A stretch of 64,000 bases of DNA, from the IMG/VR virus record IMGVR_UViG_3300020169_000014, positions 1 through 64,000 of that record. One strand, written 5' to 3'. This DNA comes from an uncultured virus (IMG/VR IMGVR_UViG_3300020169_000014). Lineage: Duplodnaviria > Heunggongvirae > Uroviricota > Caudoviricetes. Position numbers and translations under genes: made by a program. Each line of letters begins with the position of its first letter. Positions within the stretch are counted from its first letter, which is position 1. The notes under the pieces were generated by a model. The model had not been told where the DNA came from, made no database searches, and saw only the letters and a program-made list of their open reading frames with translations. Positions 37,901 through 47,218 of this stretch are shown here, piece after piece.

Positions 37901-38032
37901 ATCGCTACTGTCCGCAATTGCGTTCTGTAGTCCTGCGAGGTAGGCAACATAATTTTTCTCGGTTGCATTTATCTGTTGGAGATTACCATTAATGTCTTTT
38001 AATTTTAACGGTAATGTCTTATTATCTGACAT
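34946..38032 (-). CDS. Giant self-complementary tetrapeptide-repeat protein B (1028 aa)
   Basis: N-domain LPLKL...G.L.....E.NY.AYLAG...GTHP...SDYPG shared with protein A; same repeat alphabet; ends ETYTLYVRTA. Confidence 0.85.
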   Translation of the reverse strand: MSDNKTLPLKLKDINGNLQQINATEKNYVAYLAGLQNAIADSSDVGLLTLSASGNRSLGSLTDTYYPEPVGTHPYNAQSVITTTTNLYQINGTALENDSDWRKPVGHYESNVYEMSDNDLNTFIDDINGRIALSDYPGSLKLSSTRPSADYDILVPSVLHDQRADSSGNPYTVNDYSIWRRTAMTAPTSVTLAGLKRSSGASGTYEGLQALTDRQVQVTIGQRAKTRRAIDGAVGSYELRTSSQGIPVGGTWKNVGSAANTIRVVSEQNYTRTRASLYTRTRPSAYADDYTRTGTTSYAGEFTGNYTREFIGNYTREFTGNYTGDFTGDYGRTFVGDYSRDFTGNYIGNYTGNFSRNFSRTFFRDFIATRISSYAGEFTGNYTRDFTRTRESAYGRTRTSNYSRDFTGNYTRMFLGNYAGNYVGEYTRISTRARTSTYTRTRIVSRNSNYTGDYTRFFSGQYARDYTRIRNSNYTGDYTRLFSGQYARNFTRIRSSTYTGNYSRFFSGQYSRDFTRIRSSTYTGNYTATYIGNYARDFTRDRSSAYNRAFVGEYARDYTRDRISTYNRNFSRTRFSTYIGNFTRTLNFTRTSTSTYGGVRVSNYTRARAEYLKGTLYYTGDYTRDFVGAGYLGLPGGEYTRNSTSTFAGFVNSVRYDKSGGGLYFAGPATYTGDFIATRTVPSYIGDFTRVSSYLQGFTREFTRTRVSTYSREFAGEYSRNFERARVSSYNRLFVGEYSRNYERTRNSNYIRVRSSTFAGEYARDFTRNRDSSYIRSRSSTFSGQYSRDFTRERNSNYILTRSSTFSGQYARDFTRERNSNYIRTRVSLYTGNYTGEYTRDFAGNYTGNYAGLFTRVSLNDRYSTYIRTRVSSYSRNFAGNYTRDFGGNYTGDFTRISARTRFDSFSRSRVSSYITLRASTYVGVYAADYVGDYTGEFTRNRNSNYTRVSNTNFIRNRGSTYTRTRGSSYTRESTRTSTRDFGGNYTGNYSRNFAGNYSRDFVGDYVGQTIRDTTFSVETYTLYVRTA

Positions 38033-38046
38033 TCTCTTTCCTACTA

Positions 38047-41000
38047 TTAGTTTAGAAGAGTACCGTTTTCGTCATAGATTAAGACAGTTCTAGATGCCAG
38101 TTCATTTAACGCTTTAACAATACTATCATTATTTATACCTTCAAAGAAGTTGCCTGGCGCAGAACTGTCAAGTGTATTCAACTGACCAACTCGATTACTC
38201 AAGTTTAGAATGTCTGTGTCATTACTTGTGACTCTACCCTTTACGACTTCAATTTCACCAACCGCACTATCCAGTTGGGTGTGGATCTCATTGATAGCCG
38301 GAACAATAAACTTACTTGTTGTATCCAGTGTGGAGATACCTGTTCCTGACATGTTCGCAGTTGTACCACCGGACTGTATAATGTCCAGATGCGCACGGGT
38401 TATAAGTTTCTCGGACTCTATCTCGGTAACTGCACTATCTAGTTGCAAATGAAGTTCATTGATACCACCCGCAACATCTTGTGCGGTAGTGTCTAGATCT
38501 TCGTCAGTGTGGAATGCACGACCATGTATCTCTACCTTAGTTGCATCCATTTCGATTGCAAGACCAGTACCAGAATAAATGTCCAGATGATTGCCAGAGT
38601 TTCGGAATTCACCAAACTGAACGGTTGCATCTTTAAGGAATACATTACCACCGTCTGCATCAAGTGTAATATCACCGGAGACATCATACGTCAGATTTCC
38701 TACAACATCAACTTCTTGGTTTGTACCAAGGTTATAGGTGAACTTAGTTACACCGCCATCCTTGAAGAAGATGTCCGCGCCATTCGCGTCAAGTGTAATA
38801 TCACCTTCTGCATCAAGAAGAATATTTGTTCCTGCATTGATGGTTGCAGTTGTTCCTGCGGTAGTAGATGTAGATCCACCGGCAGTCTGTACAATACTAC
38901 CTGTAGTAGTCAGACCATACGAGTCCGCACTATCATTTAATGCACCGATGATAGCATTTACTAATGTGCCACCAACAGTAGTAGTTTTGTTTACAGTAAT
39001 ATTCTCTTTTACCGAACCACCAATAGTTAGACTATAACCATTTGTAGTAGTCAAAGATGCAGAATCACTTACCGATATATTATAATCTCCGGTAACAGTG
39101 ATGTTGTTTGTTGCACCTAATTGATGACGGATGCGTGTGGATGCACCGTCTTTGAAGTAAATGTCGTTTCCATCTGCGTCAAGTGTAATATCACCAGAAG
39201 CATCGATCAAGTAATTACCATCTGCTGTATGGGTTTGTCCCAATGATGTTGTGGTCAATGTACCCAAAGTAGTATGAGACATTGCACCACTAGAAGTAAC
39301 TGAGTAAGTACCACCAGCACTATCAGATTGGTTACCTGATACAGTTTGTGTAAGATTACCGTTAACATCTAAAGTGTTTGACGCACCCATTCCATATGAG
39401 AAACGAGAAGTACCTGCATCTTTGAAGTCGATGTCTCCACCGTCTGCATCCAGTACTATATCACCTGCCACATCGACAGTTAAGTTGCCGGTGGGTACGT
39501 CAATCTCTTGATTCGCACCCATAACGAAGTCGAATCTGATCGCCCCATTATCTTTAAGTGTAACATTACCGCCATTTGCATCAAGGTTAATATCACCCTC
39601 AACATCTGCGGTTAGGTTACCACCAGCGGTAAGACCCATGTTTGATTCAGTAACAAGATTGAACGCACCACCCGCAGTATTCGTCATCGGGCCACGAGTG
39701 TCGATATTAATACCGTTAGTCGAAGAGATGTCACGAGTACCAGAAGCACTGTCAGAGTGATCTCCTGCCACTGTAAGGGTGTTGTTACCCGAAGTAGTAG
39801 TAGTGAGTGTACCTGTAACATCTAAAGTATTTGCTGAACCCAGTCCGTAAGCAAAACGAGTCGTTCCAGCTTGTTTGAGGTCAATGTCACCACCACCGGC
39901 ATCCAATACAATATCATTGACAACATCAAAGATCAACGAACCGACAACATCAATCTCTTGATTCGTACCGAAATTATATGTTACCTTATTGGCACCACCA
40001 TCTGTTAGATATAGTTGTCCACCATCAGCATCGAGAGTAATATCTCCAGATGCATCAACAGTGAAGTTTCCCGCCACATTATGGGTTTGTCCCAATGATG
40101 TTGTGGTGAGAGTACCAAGAGTGGTATGAGACATCGCACCAGTTGAGGTGATGTCACGAGTACCATTTGCACTGTCTGAGAAGTTGCCTGAGACGGTTTG
40201 AGTTAGATTACCTGTAATGTCTAAGGTATTAGATGCACCAAGTCCGTATTCAAATCTAGATACTCCACCGTCTTTTAGGTCGATGTTTGCGCCATCTGCG
40301 TCTAATATAATATTACCAGACACATCAAGAGTATAATTGCCAGTTACGGCTTCGGTGTTAGTGGTACCCATCGTATATGCAATACGAGTAACACCACCAT
40401 CTTTGTATGTAATGTTTGCCCCATCTGCATCGAAGATTATATCACCCGAGATGTCAAATGTCAAGTTTCCGGTACGAGAAACTGTACCGTCAGTAGCAAA
40501 GTCGTACTCTGTGACACCAGCATCTTTGAATGTGACATTACCACCATCAGCATCAAGGATAATATCTCCGGACGCATCGACAGTGTATGTGGTCGTTTCT
40601 ATTCTAGTTGCACCGGTAGAGGTAAGAGTTGTATCACCAGATACATCGATATCTAAGTTAGAAGAAATATCAAGATCAAGGATACCAGTCACACCAACTG
40701 TGTTAGTGGTACCTAATGTGAATGCAATACGACTGACCGAATCATCAAGGAAGTTGATGTTAGATCCACCGGCATCTAAATTAATATCACCTACCGCATC
40801 AACGTTGAAGTTTGCACCGACATTGAATTGTACATCAGTACCACTTGCTTGATTAGTACTGATTAGTAAACGAGTTTGAGTTTCCCCTTGGAGGGCATTT
40901 CCCGTAGGATAAATGATTTCACCGGAAGATGCGTCAAACACTCTTTCGATTTCGTTGATGGCCATGACCACATCACTATCACCGTGAGTGAGAAGATCCA

Positions 41001-41088
41001 CCGGATCGCCAACATTATAAGAGACAGTGTTGAGGTTGTCTCGCATTATCTTGAACGAGTCACTTAGTTTCGTAAATGGTCTTGACAT
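38047..41088 (-). CDS. Repetitive beta-rich fibre protein (1013 aa)
   Basis: 11 copies of DIxLDAxGxxIxxKD by manual count; four (A/G)(I/L)NE helical motifs; ends IYDENGTLLN. Confidence 0.75.
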   Translation of the reverse strand: MSRPFTKLSDSFKIMRDNLNTVSYNVGDPVDLLTHGDSDVVMAINEIERVFDASSGEIIYPTGNALQGETQTRLLISTNQASGTDVQFNVGANFNVDAVGDINLDAGGSNINFLDDSVSRIAFTLGTTNTVGVTGILDLDISSNLDIDVSGDTTLTSTGATRIETTTYTVDASGDIILDADGGNVTFKDAGVTEYDFATDGTVSRTGNLTFDISGDIIFDADGANITYKDGGVTRIAYTMGTTNTEAVTGNYTLDVSGNIILDADGANIDLKDGGVSRFEYGLGASNTLDITGNLTQTVSGNFSDSANGTRDITSTGAMSHTTLGTLTTTSLGQTHNVAGNFTVDASGDITLDADGGQLYLTDGGANKVTYNFGTNQEIDVVGSLIFDVVNDIVLDAGGGDIDLKQAGTTRFAYGLGSANTLDVTGTLTTTTSGNNTLTVAGDHSDSASGTRDISSTNGINIDTRGPMTNTAGGAFNLVTESNMGLTAGGNLTADVEGDINLDANGGNVTLKDNGAIRFDFVMGANQEIDVPTGNLTVDVAGDIVLDADGGDIDFKDAGTSRFSYGMGASNTLDVNGNLTQTVSGNQSDSAGGTYSVTSSGAMSHTTLGTLTTTSLGQTHTADGNYLIDASGDITLDADGNDIYFKDGASTRIRHQLGATNNITVTGDYNISVSDSASLTTTNGYSLTIGGSVKENITVNKTTTVGGTLVNAIIGALNDSADSYGLTTTGSIVQTAGGSTSTTAGTTATINAGTNILLDAEGDITLDANGADIFFKDGGVTKFTYNLGTNQEVDVVGNLTYDVSGDITLDADGGNVFLKDATVQFGEFRNSGNHLDIYSGTGLAIEMDATKVEIHGRAFHTDEDLDTTAQDVAGGINELHLQLDSAVTEIESEKLITRAHLDIIQSGGTTANMSGTGISTLDTTSKFIVPAINEIHTQLDSAVGEIEVVKGRVTSNDTDILNLSNRVGQLNTLDSSAPGNFFEGINNDSIVKALNELASRTVLIYDENGTLLN

Positions 41089-41325
41089 CTATAGTTTCTC
41101 TACTAGTTGTGAAAGTAAGGATTTGATATCATGGATATCTGACTCTAGTCTATCAACCTTTACTTTAAGATTCTTTTCATCTTGCATCTTTTGTTTACGG
41201 AGTTTCTTCTGTTCCCGTGCAAGTTGTATTTCACTTCTATTTATATTAATAATGGCACCCGACTCTGCATCTCTTGCAAAATCGGGTTCATCTTTTACGT
41301 GTACCAACTGTCTCTGTTTTCTCAT
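41089..41325 (-). CDS. Small coiled-coil hypothetical protein
   Basis: RDAESGAIININ then heptads (LESDIHDIKSLL); tightly packed between neighbours. Confidence 0.7.
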   Translation of the reverse strand: MRKQRQLVHVKDEPDFARDAESGAIININRSEIQLAREQKKLRKQKMQDEKNLKVKVDRLESDIHDIKSLLSQLVEKL

Positions 41326-41326
41326 A

Positions 41327-44300
41327 TTATACTGCCAGTGATATAATTCTCAAGTCACGGAATGAAGGTACTTTCGCACTGTTGGTCGATCTCATAACAA
41401 TCTTAACTTGGAACTGTGTGAATGGTGACATAGTACCACCATCACCACCTACAAGATAACGGTATTCACGGAACACGTTCTTGTTAGTATCAACTGGTAG
41501 AACGGTTTCAGAATTAACCAGAGTCCATGCAGATCTCTTAATGTCATCACCCGCACTTGCGACTTTCCAATAAACTTGGAAGTCTGACTCAGGAGGTCTA
41601 TTCGCAGCAAGTAAGATCTTCAGTCCAACAGCCTGTTCGGTAAGAGTTGTTATTTTAGTAACATGTTTTGCAGACTCAGTACCATATAGAGGGTTAGTTT
41701 CACCGACATAAGATAATGGTACATTGAAACCATCCGTAGACGAAGAATCTTGTCTAGAGATCATGTTGTGAATAGTGTTCAACTTACAACGTTGTAAATC
41801 AATGACTGGAGACAAGTATGGATTGGTTGTCTTCAATGTTAACTGTACAGTAGCAGATCTCTCGCCATTGAGTTTACCTGCGGTTGACAGATTCTCGGTG
41901 CGTCTGTTAAATAGTGCACGAGGATTTGTGAACTCATTATTCTTCTTGTTCTCAATGATGTTATATGAACCATCTTTAACAAATCGAACTTGACTTCCTG
42001 CCAATGCGGACTGACTAGTAGTCTTAATCGACATAGTGTAGTTAGTCTCGCCTGGTTGTTTGATATCAATCTCGGGTCTCAATACTTCGAAGTTCATGTT
42101 TCTCTGAGAAGTTACAGAAGAACCACCGAACCACTTACGAGAGGTCGCAGATGAAGTTGCAGCATAGGTGTAACCAGAGTTATCAAAATCGATAACAGTA
42201 CGTACCCCATTAACATCTGCACCGGTCAAACCGTTACCAAAGTCAGTTGCAGAGTCGATACCTCGAATCCAAGTCTTATCACCATCTCTAAGGCCATGAC
42301 CTTTGAACATAACACGTACTGTGTTAGATCCAGAATCCACTACCAAAGGATCTTTAGACAAAGATACTGGAGGTATGTTTGCATTCTCAAGGATAGCATT
42401 ACCAGAGGTTTCAAACTTAGCAACATTGATTCTGTATGAAAGATCTTGACCACTAGAAGGTTCCCACAATTTAGCATTCTGAGATTTAAAGAATCCACCC
42501 AGAGTTGTTTGTTGTGAGATGAACGCTTCGTTAGAGTTCAATTGGTGTTCACCGACAGTTGCAACATATACGTTATAGTCCGGATCATTGTTGCCCGGTC
42601 TTAGTACGAGTGCATACTCTCCACCCGCAACAAATACCGGATGATCAAATGTAAACGTAGTAGCATTCTGCAACATTTGTTTGTTGGTAGATCCTTCTGG
42701 AACAAGAGATACTTGACTTGCAGATAATTTCTTAGTTGCAATAATCTTACTTGAAGACGGAACGCCATTCACAGTAGGTCTCAACTCACAGAATACAGGA
42801 GCAGAAGAAGACTTACTTGCAAAGTAAACATCAACAGATGTAATGAATACACCGGCAATTTGTTTAACCAAGAAGGTCTGCGCGATTGGATCGTTATATT
42901 CTAGTCTATTATTGGTATGTCTGTAATTGATACCACCTTTACCCTGTCGAGTAGTTCTTTCTACTGGAGTTAGGTCGGCATCAGTCACCGCACCGCCCGG
43001 AGGAACTGTAGTGTCTGTTACATGATCTACCGGAGTGATTTGGTTGAGATAATTTACCTCAGAAGTTTCACCAACATGTTCTGTAGATGATGTGGTATCA
43101 CCGACCAGAGTAGAATATGTTTCGGTAGATACTACATCTGTAGCAATTTCTGTCGAGATAACAGATTCAGTCCATACAGTTGAACTTGAAGCAATTGTTC
43201 TATCAACATCACTGGTACTGTTACCTACGATTTTAAGTACGCGAGTTACTTCGACTTCATCTTCATACTCTTCGAGAACACCTTTAGAGTGGAACATTGC
43301 TCTACCATAAGACATTGCAGCACTGAAGTCATTGACATTTACGTCAAGTAATGCAAACTCACGAGGCCCTGTGTAGAAACGCATTGCTTGGTTGTTAGGT
43401 ACTTCGAACGAACCAATAATACTACCTTCTGCGTCAGATATAAGGTTGGTCTTACCAGAACTATGTTCTTGGGTAGTACGTTGAACACCTTCACCATCTT
43501 CAGTACTTTTAGATGCAAGGTAATTGCGTTGAGCCCAAGTACTGAACGTAGTCTGTTCCCTACAGAAAGAAGATACGTTAGAACCATCAAAGAATGGGAA
43601 GTACTGTGTATTAGGACGCAGACCTTCAGCTTTGAATTGAATATCAATCGAACGCATGAAAGGAATGACCGATACATCGATAACCTTTTTACCAACTACG
43701 TCACGAATAGTAGACTCACTCGCAATACGGTTTACTGTATTGGAAGTTGTTGTTGTTGTTGTGGTATCCGTAGTAGACTCATACGCATTTTCAGTTTCGA
43801 TTGTGCGTGTGGTTTCATAAGTAGATGTGTTAACAGTCTTAACTTTATCTCTAGTTTCGGTAGTAACAACATCCCACATATCAGTGGTAATTTGTTCGGC
43901 AGTCCAAGGGTTGTAATAACCATATGAATAAGAACCTGTTCCACCTAAGCCAAAGTAAGAACCAGACCAGTTACCAGTCCAACCACCCCAATAGTTATGG
44001 TTCCACCAAGAATCTATTACTGTACGTGAGATTTCTTCTTCACGTTCACGTGATACTTCTACAGTTTCGGTATAAAGAGTTTCAACATCAGTCACATGAC
44101 CGACTTCAACCCACTCACCGAGAGTTTCGGTTGTCTCGGTACCAATAAGAACAGGATCTGAACTATTGTGTGTTATCGAAGTTGCGGTACCACTTACAAA
44201 TGAAGTTGCAGCATCACCAGCTTCTAGGTCAGAAGGATCTACACCAAACCATTCGTTCTCGGAGTTGTTCCAGTTCAATGCGTGTTTGAGGTCAAATTCA

Positions 44301-47209
44301 CTTGAACGACCCACAACAGTTTCACCAATCTTCTGAGTCTCTTTCCAAGAATCAGTTTCCGGAGAAAGTTCTACACTACCGACAATGGTAGGAACATAGA
44401 AAGGTGCGAGGTTTTCTGTACCAGAAGCGAGTTCTTGCGCTTCATATGCAATTTCGGTATGGTTCAACATAACGAAGTCACCGAATACACCGGTACGTAG
44501 TTGACCGACATGATCACTGTCATAGAAAAGATCTGCACAGTCTTCTACAAAAGTAGGACGTAACAGTTTACCTCTCTTGTCAATCGCAGCACGATATTCA
44601 GGAGACTTAGTTTGAGAATGAGAATGTGACTTGAAGTTGTCTACAAAGAATCCAGACTTAGCACGATCATTACCCGCAGAATCCAAAACATTCATCATTT
44701 TAGTATTCAATTCGAGAAGTGACAATGTAGTCATTTCTTCAAGACGATCAACTTTCTCTTCTAGTTTGTTGATGTCCTGCATCGTATAACCCTTACGTGG
44801 AATAAGAGTTGTTCTCAAATCCTGAGTGTGCATGGTATTAGCATTCAGTCTCAGTTTATAAAGATCAATACAATCCACAGGAACATCAGGGTATTTCGGA
44901 CTTAACGAAGAAGAACCGGTGATATAACGAAGTTCACCTTGTTTAGATATTACCAGACGGTCTGCACGAGGTAAGTAGTATTCGGCATCTGTAGTGATAG
45001 TATCAGTAGGTACCGGAAGAGGACAAATTGAACCAGCAGAAAATGAACCAGAACCATCAGTTGAAGGACGGAAGTCGATTGCATCACGTAGTGACAGAAG
45101 ACCACCATCAGGCAATTTCTGGCCAGGAACTTTAAGATAATCCAATTGACCATCATAAGAGTTCACAGCATAGAACTGCCCACTTACCGAAGGTTCGAAA
45201 TACTTATATCGTACAAATACGGATTGATCTGCACTATCAAAACCACCACCAGAATAGATTAATCTACTGTCATCTTGGTGAGTAGTACGGTTACCCGCAT
45301 CGAATAAGAAACTGGTGAATACATCTTCACCATCAGAATCATTAAGAGATACACGTTGAATACTATAGACATCAGATTTACCGAGAGGAAGGAAATATAC
45401 ACCTGCGCCATCAGAGTCTAATGAAGCAGTTACCACGGTTTCTGTCAGTGTCTTTGTTTTAACACTTGCGTTAGTTTTTCTTATGAATACAATTGCTTCA
45501 TATGCAACACCATTCGACAACCCACTGAACAAAATGTCTGTGTTTCCGGATTGGATATTTGATGCAACACTTGAAGGTGCAAACTCAGTTGCAGAAGCAA
45601 CAAGGATATCACTTTCATTAACAAAACGTTCACCAGCATCGGTCAGTGTGATTGTGTGACTAGTACCAGAAGCCGTAAAGTTGTACTTCTTCATAAATGT
45701 CATAGTGACATCAGTGAAAGACTTGGGTCGTCTTAATGGAGTATCAAACAGTAAAGCATTTTTCTTAGGTTCATGTACAATACTTCCGCCATTACCTGTT
45801 ACTTGAACAAGGTTTATGTAGTGAGTATTGGTCGAAGATTTAATAGATTTGACATCACGTAAACTATAATTATAGTTATCTCGTTGGATGTCGAATAAAT
45901 GTGCCTTGTATAAAGGTGGTCTCACATAGGTGTATCCACCAGTACGAAGTCCGGTGGAACCTTCGGTCAATGCACGAATGTGTGCAGTACCGATTGCACT
46001 ATCTGCACCATCAAAACCCGCATATAATGTCACCTCTTCGCAAGTATCAATATCCAACATACCAACACCACTATCGAAATAGTAGTAGTTCCCGTAGTCG
46101 ATACCAATCTGTTCTTCTTCTCTTGCAATAGTGTCTCTTGCTTTAGGAATCGGTATATTGCGAGTAGAAGTAGTTGCAGCTCTATATCCATCGATATATG
46201 CTGTGCCTGGATCTACCTTCAACATCAATGTAGATGATGCGTTTGTACCATTAGGTTCTACGCGAAGTTTCCAATACTTCTGGATGAAGTCTCCATTAAT
46301 CTCTCGGACACGTGTAGCAACGTGATTCCGGACTCTATTGAAACCTTCATCATCAGATTGTTGATCGACTAATCTACCACCTTCGATACGACCGAAATAC
46401 ACGAAGGTATCTCCGGTCACCATCTGGTCTCGTCTAATCAGTTCTAATCGAATACGGTATCTGTCTGCGCCAGGCGAAGCACGGTTAGGAGTTACATTTT
46501 GATTGTCATACAGTGCATCAGTATCGGATACTGTTATAATGTCTTGAATAACTTTAAAACCAATATCTGCTGTCTGGAAATTCTTATACTTATCAAGGAA
46601 TAGACTCTGTTTAGGACAGAATACAAAGTGTCCTTGAACATAAAATTCTGATTGTCCAACTTCAACCTGAGAACCATATCCGACTGCCGGATTGGTAGAT
46701 GTGTTGATTGTTTGAACTGTTAAGTTAATGTTAGACCCGTTGGAGAGTACTTCGCCAGGCGTAACAAAGGTACTAGTAGTAAGTGGTAGACTAGGACTCT
46801 GTGTATTTGGATTGTCCAAGTACTGGACAAAAAGAGTATCAGGGTCACTGTTCACAGAAGCAACTGCTTCATAGATCTTGACTTTGATACTCGAATCCGC
46901 ACCAGTTAACACGACACCCTTCAATGCACTTACAGTATCAAAAGAGTTATTTTGATCGTTCTCTATTTTGATGAACGCATAATGGTTGTTAGGTGCAACA
47001 CCACCAGCTTTAGTAGGAACACCATCCTTTTGGAATATGTTATCAGCAAACCTTTTAATTTCTTTTTGGATGATGGTCTGCATCTGTGTAAGTTCACGTG
47101 CTTGCAATGCACGACCGGCATTGAACAAGATACGTGAGTAATTATCACTATCCGCGTGATCATCCTTGTAGGTTGATCTGAATGTTTGTTCTGTAAATGT
47201 GTTTGGCAT
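41327..47209 (-). CDS. Large virion structural protein (VrlC/DUF4815-like)
   Basis: YKDD..., ILFNAGRALQARELTQMQ, PGADRYRI, YYLPRAD, YTMQDINKLE, KSGFFVDNF, DPIAQTF, FQVKIVM...VP..RDLR; follows gp8. Confidence 0.85.
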   Translation of the reverse strand: MPNTFTEQTFRSTYKDDHADSDNYSRILFNAGRALQARELTQMQTIIQKEIKRFADNIFQKDGVPTKAGGVAPNNHYAFIKIENDQNNSFDTVSALKGVVLTGADSSIKVKIYEAVASVNSDPDTLFVQYLDNPNTQSPSLPLTTSTFVTPGEVLSNGSNINLTVQTINTSTNPAVGYGSQVEVGQSEFYVQGHFVFCPKQSLFLDKYKNFQTADIGFKVIQDIITVSDTDALYDNQNVTPNRASPGADRYRIRLELIRRDQMVTGDTFVYFGRIEGGRLVDQQSDDEGFNRVRNHVATRVREINGDFIQKYWKLRVEPNGTNASSTLMLKVDPGTAYIDGYRAATTSTRNIPIPKARDTIAREEEQIGIDYGNYYYFDSGVGMLDIDTCEEVTLYAGFDGADSAIGTAHIRALTEGSTGLRTGGYTYVRPPLYKAHLFDIQRDNYNYSLRDVKSIKSSTNTHYINLVQVTGNGGSIVHEPKKNALLFDTPLRRPKSFTDVTMTFMKKYNFTASGTSHTITLTDAGERFVNESDILVASATEFAPSSVASNIQSGNTDILFSGLSNGVAYEAIVFIRKTNASVKTKTLTETVVTASLDSDGAGVYFLPLGKSDVYSIQRVSLNDSDGEDVFTSFLFDAGNRTTHQDDSRLIYSGGGFDSADQSVFVRYKYFEPSVSGQFYAVNSYDGQLDYLKVPGQKLPDGGLLSLRDAIDFRPSTDGSGSFSAGSICPLPVPTDTITTDAEYYLPRADRLVISKQGELRYITGSSSLSPKYPDVPVDCIDLYKLRLNANTMHTQDLRTTLIPRKGYTMQDINKLEEKVDRLEEMTTLSLLELNTKMMNVLDSAGNDRAKSGFFVDNFKSHSHSQTKSPEYRAAIDKRGKLLRPTFVEDCADLFYDSDHVGQLRTGVFGDFVMLNHTEIAYEAQELASGTENLAPFYVPTIVGSVELSPETDSWKETQKIGETVVGRSSEFDLKHALNWNNSENEWFGVDPSDLEAGDAATSFVSGTATSITHNSSDPVLIGTETTETLGEWVEVGHVTDVETLYTETVEVSREREEEISRTVIDSWWNHNYWGGWTGNWSGSYFGLGGTGSYSYGYYNPWTAEQITTDMWDVVTTETRDKVKTVNTSTYETTRTIETENAYESTTDTTTTTTTSNTVNRIASESTIRDVVGKKVIDVSVIPFMRSIDIQFKAEGLRPNTQYFPFFDGSNVSSFCREQTTFSTWAQRNYLASKSTEDGEGVQRTTQEHSSGKTNLISDAEGSIIGSFEVPNNQAMRFYTGPREFALLDVNVNDFSAAMSYGRAMFHSKGVLEEYEDEVEVTRVLKIVGNSTSDVDRTIASSSTVWTESVISTEIATDVVSTETYSTLVGDTTSSTEHVGETSEVNYLNQITPVDHVTDTTVPPGGAVTDADLTPVERTTRQGKGGINYRHTNNRLEYNDPIAQTFLVKQIAGVFITSVDVYFASKSSSAPVFCELRPTVNGVPSSSKIIATKKLSASQVSLVPEGSTNKQMLQNATTFTFDHPVFVAGGEYALVLRPGNNDPDYNVYVATVGEHQLNSNEAFISQQTTLGGFFKSQNAKLWEPSSGQDLSYRINVAKFETSGNAILENANIPPVSLSKDPLVVDSGSNTVRVMFKGHGLRDGDKTWIRGIDSATDFGNGLTGADVNGVRTVIDFDNSGYTYAATSSATSRKWFGGSSVTSQRNMNFEVLRPEIDIKQPGETNYTMSIKTTSQSALAGSQVRFVKDGSYNIIENKKNNEFTNPRALFNRRTENLSTAGKLNGERSATVQLTLKTTNPYLSPVIDLQRCKLNTIHNMISRQDSSSTDGFNVPLSYVGETNPLYGTESAKHVTKITTLTEQAVGLKILLAANRPPESDFQVYWKVASAGDDIKRSAWTLVNSETVLPVDTNKNVFREYRYLVGGDGGTMSPFTQFQVKIVMRSTNSAKVPSFRDLRIISLAV

Positions 47210-47218
47210 TTCTTAATC

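Noticed and set aside
29537..38032. CRISPR array or diversity-generating retroelement
   Set aside because: Repeats are in-frame, degenerate at third positions and lack unique spacers. No cas or reverse transcriptase gene and no adenine-specific TR/VR pair was seen.
29537..38032. Assembly artefact producing the low-complexity ORFs
   Set aside because: Frames stay open for 5.4 and 3.1 kb, codons vary between units, arm lengths match exactly, and both paralogs keep homologous non-repetitive ends.
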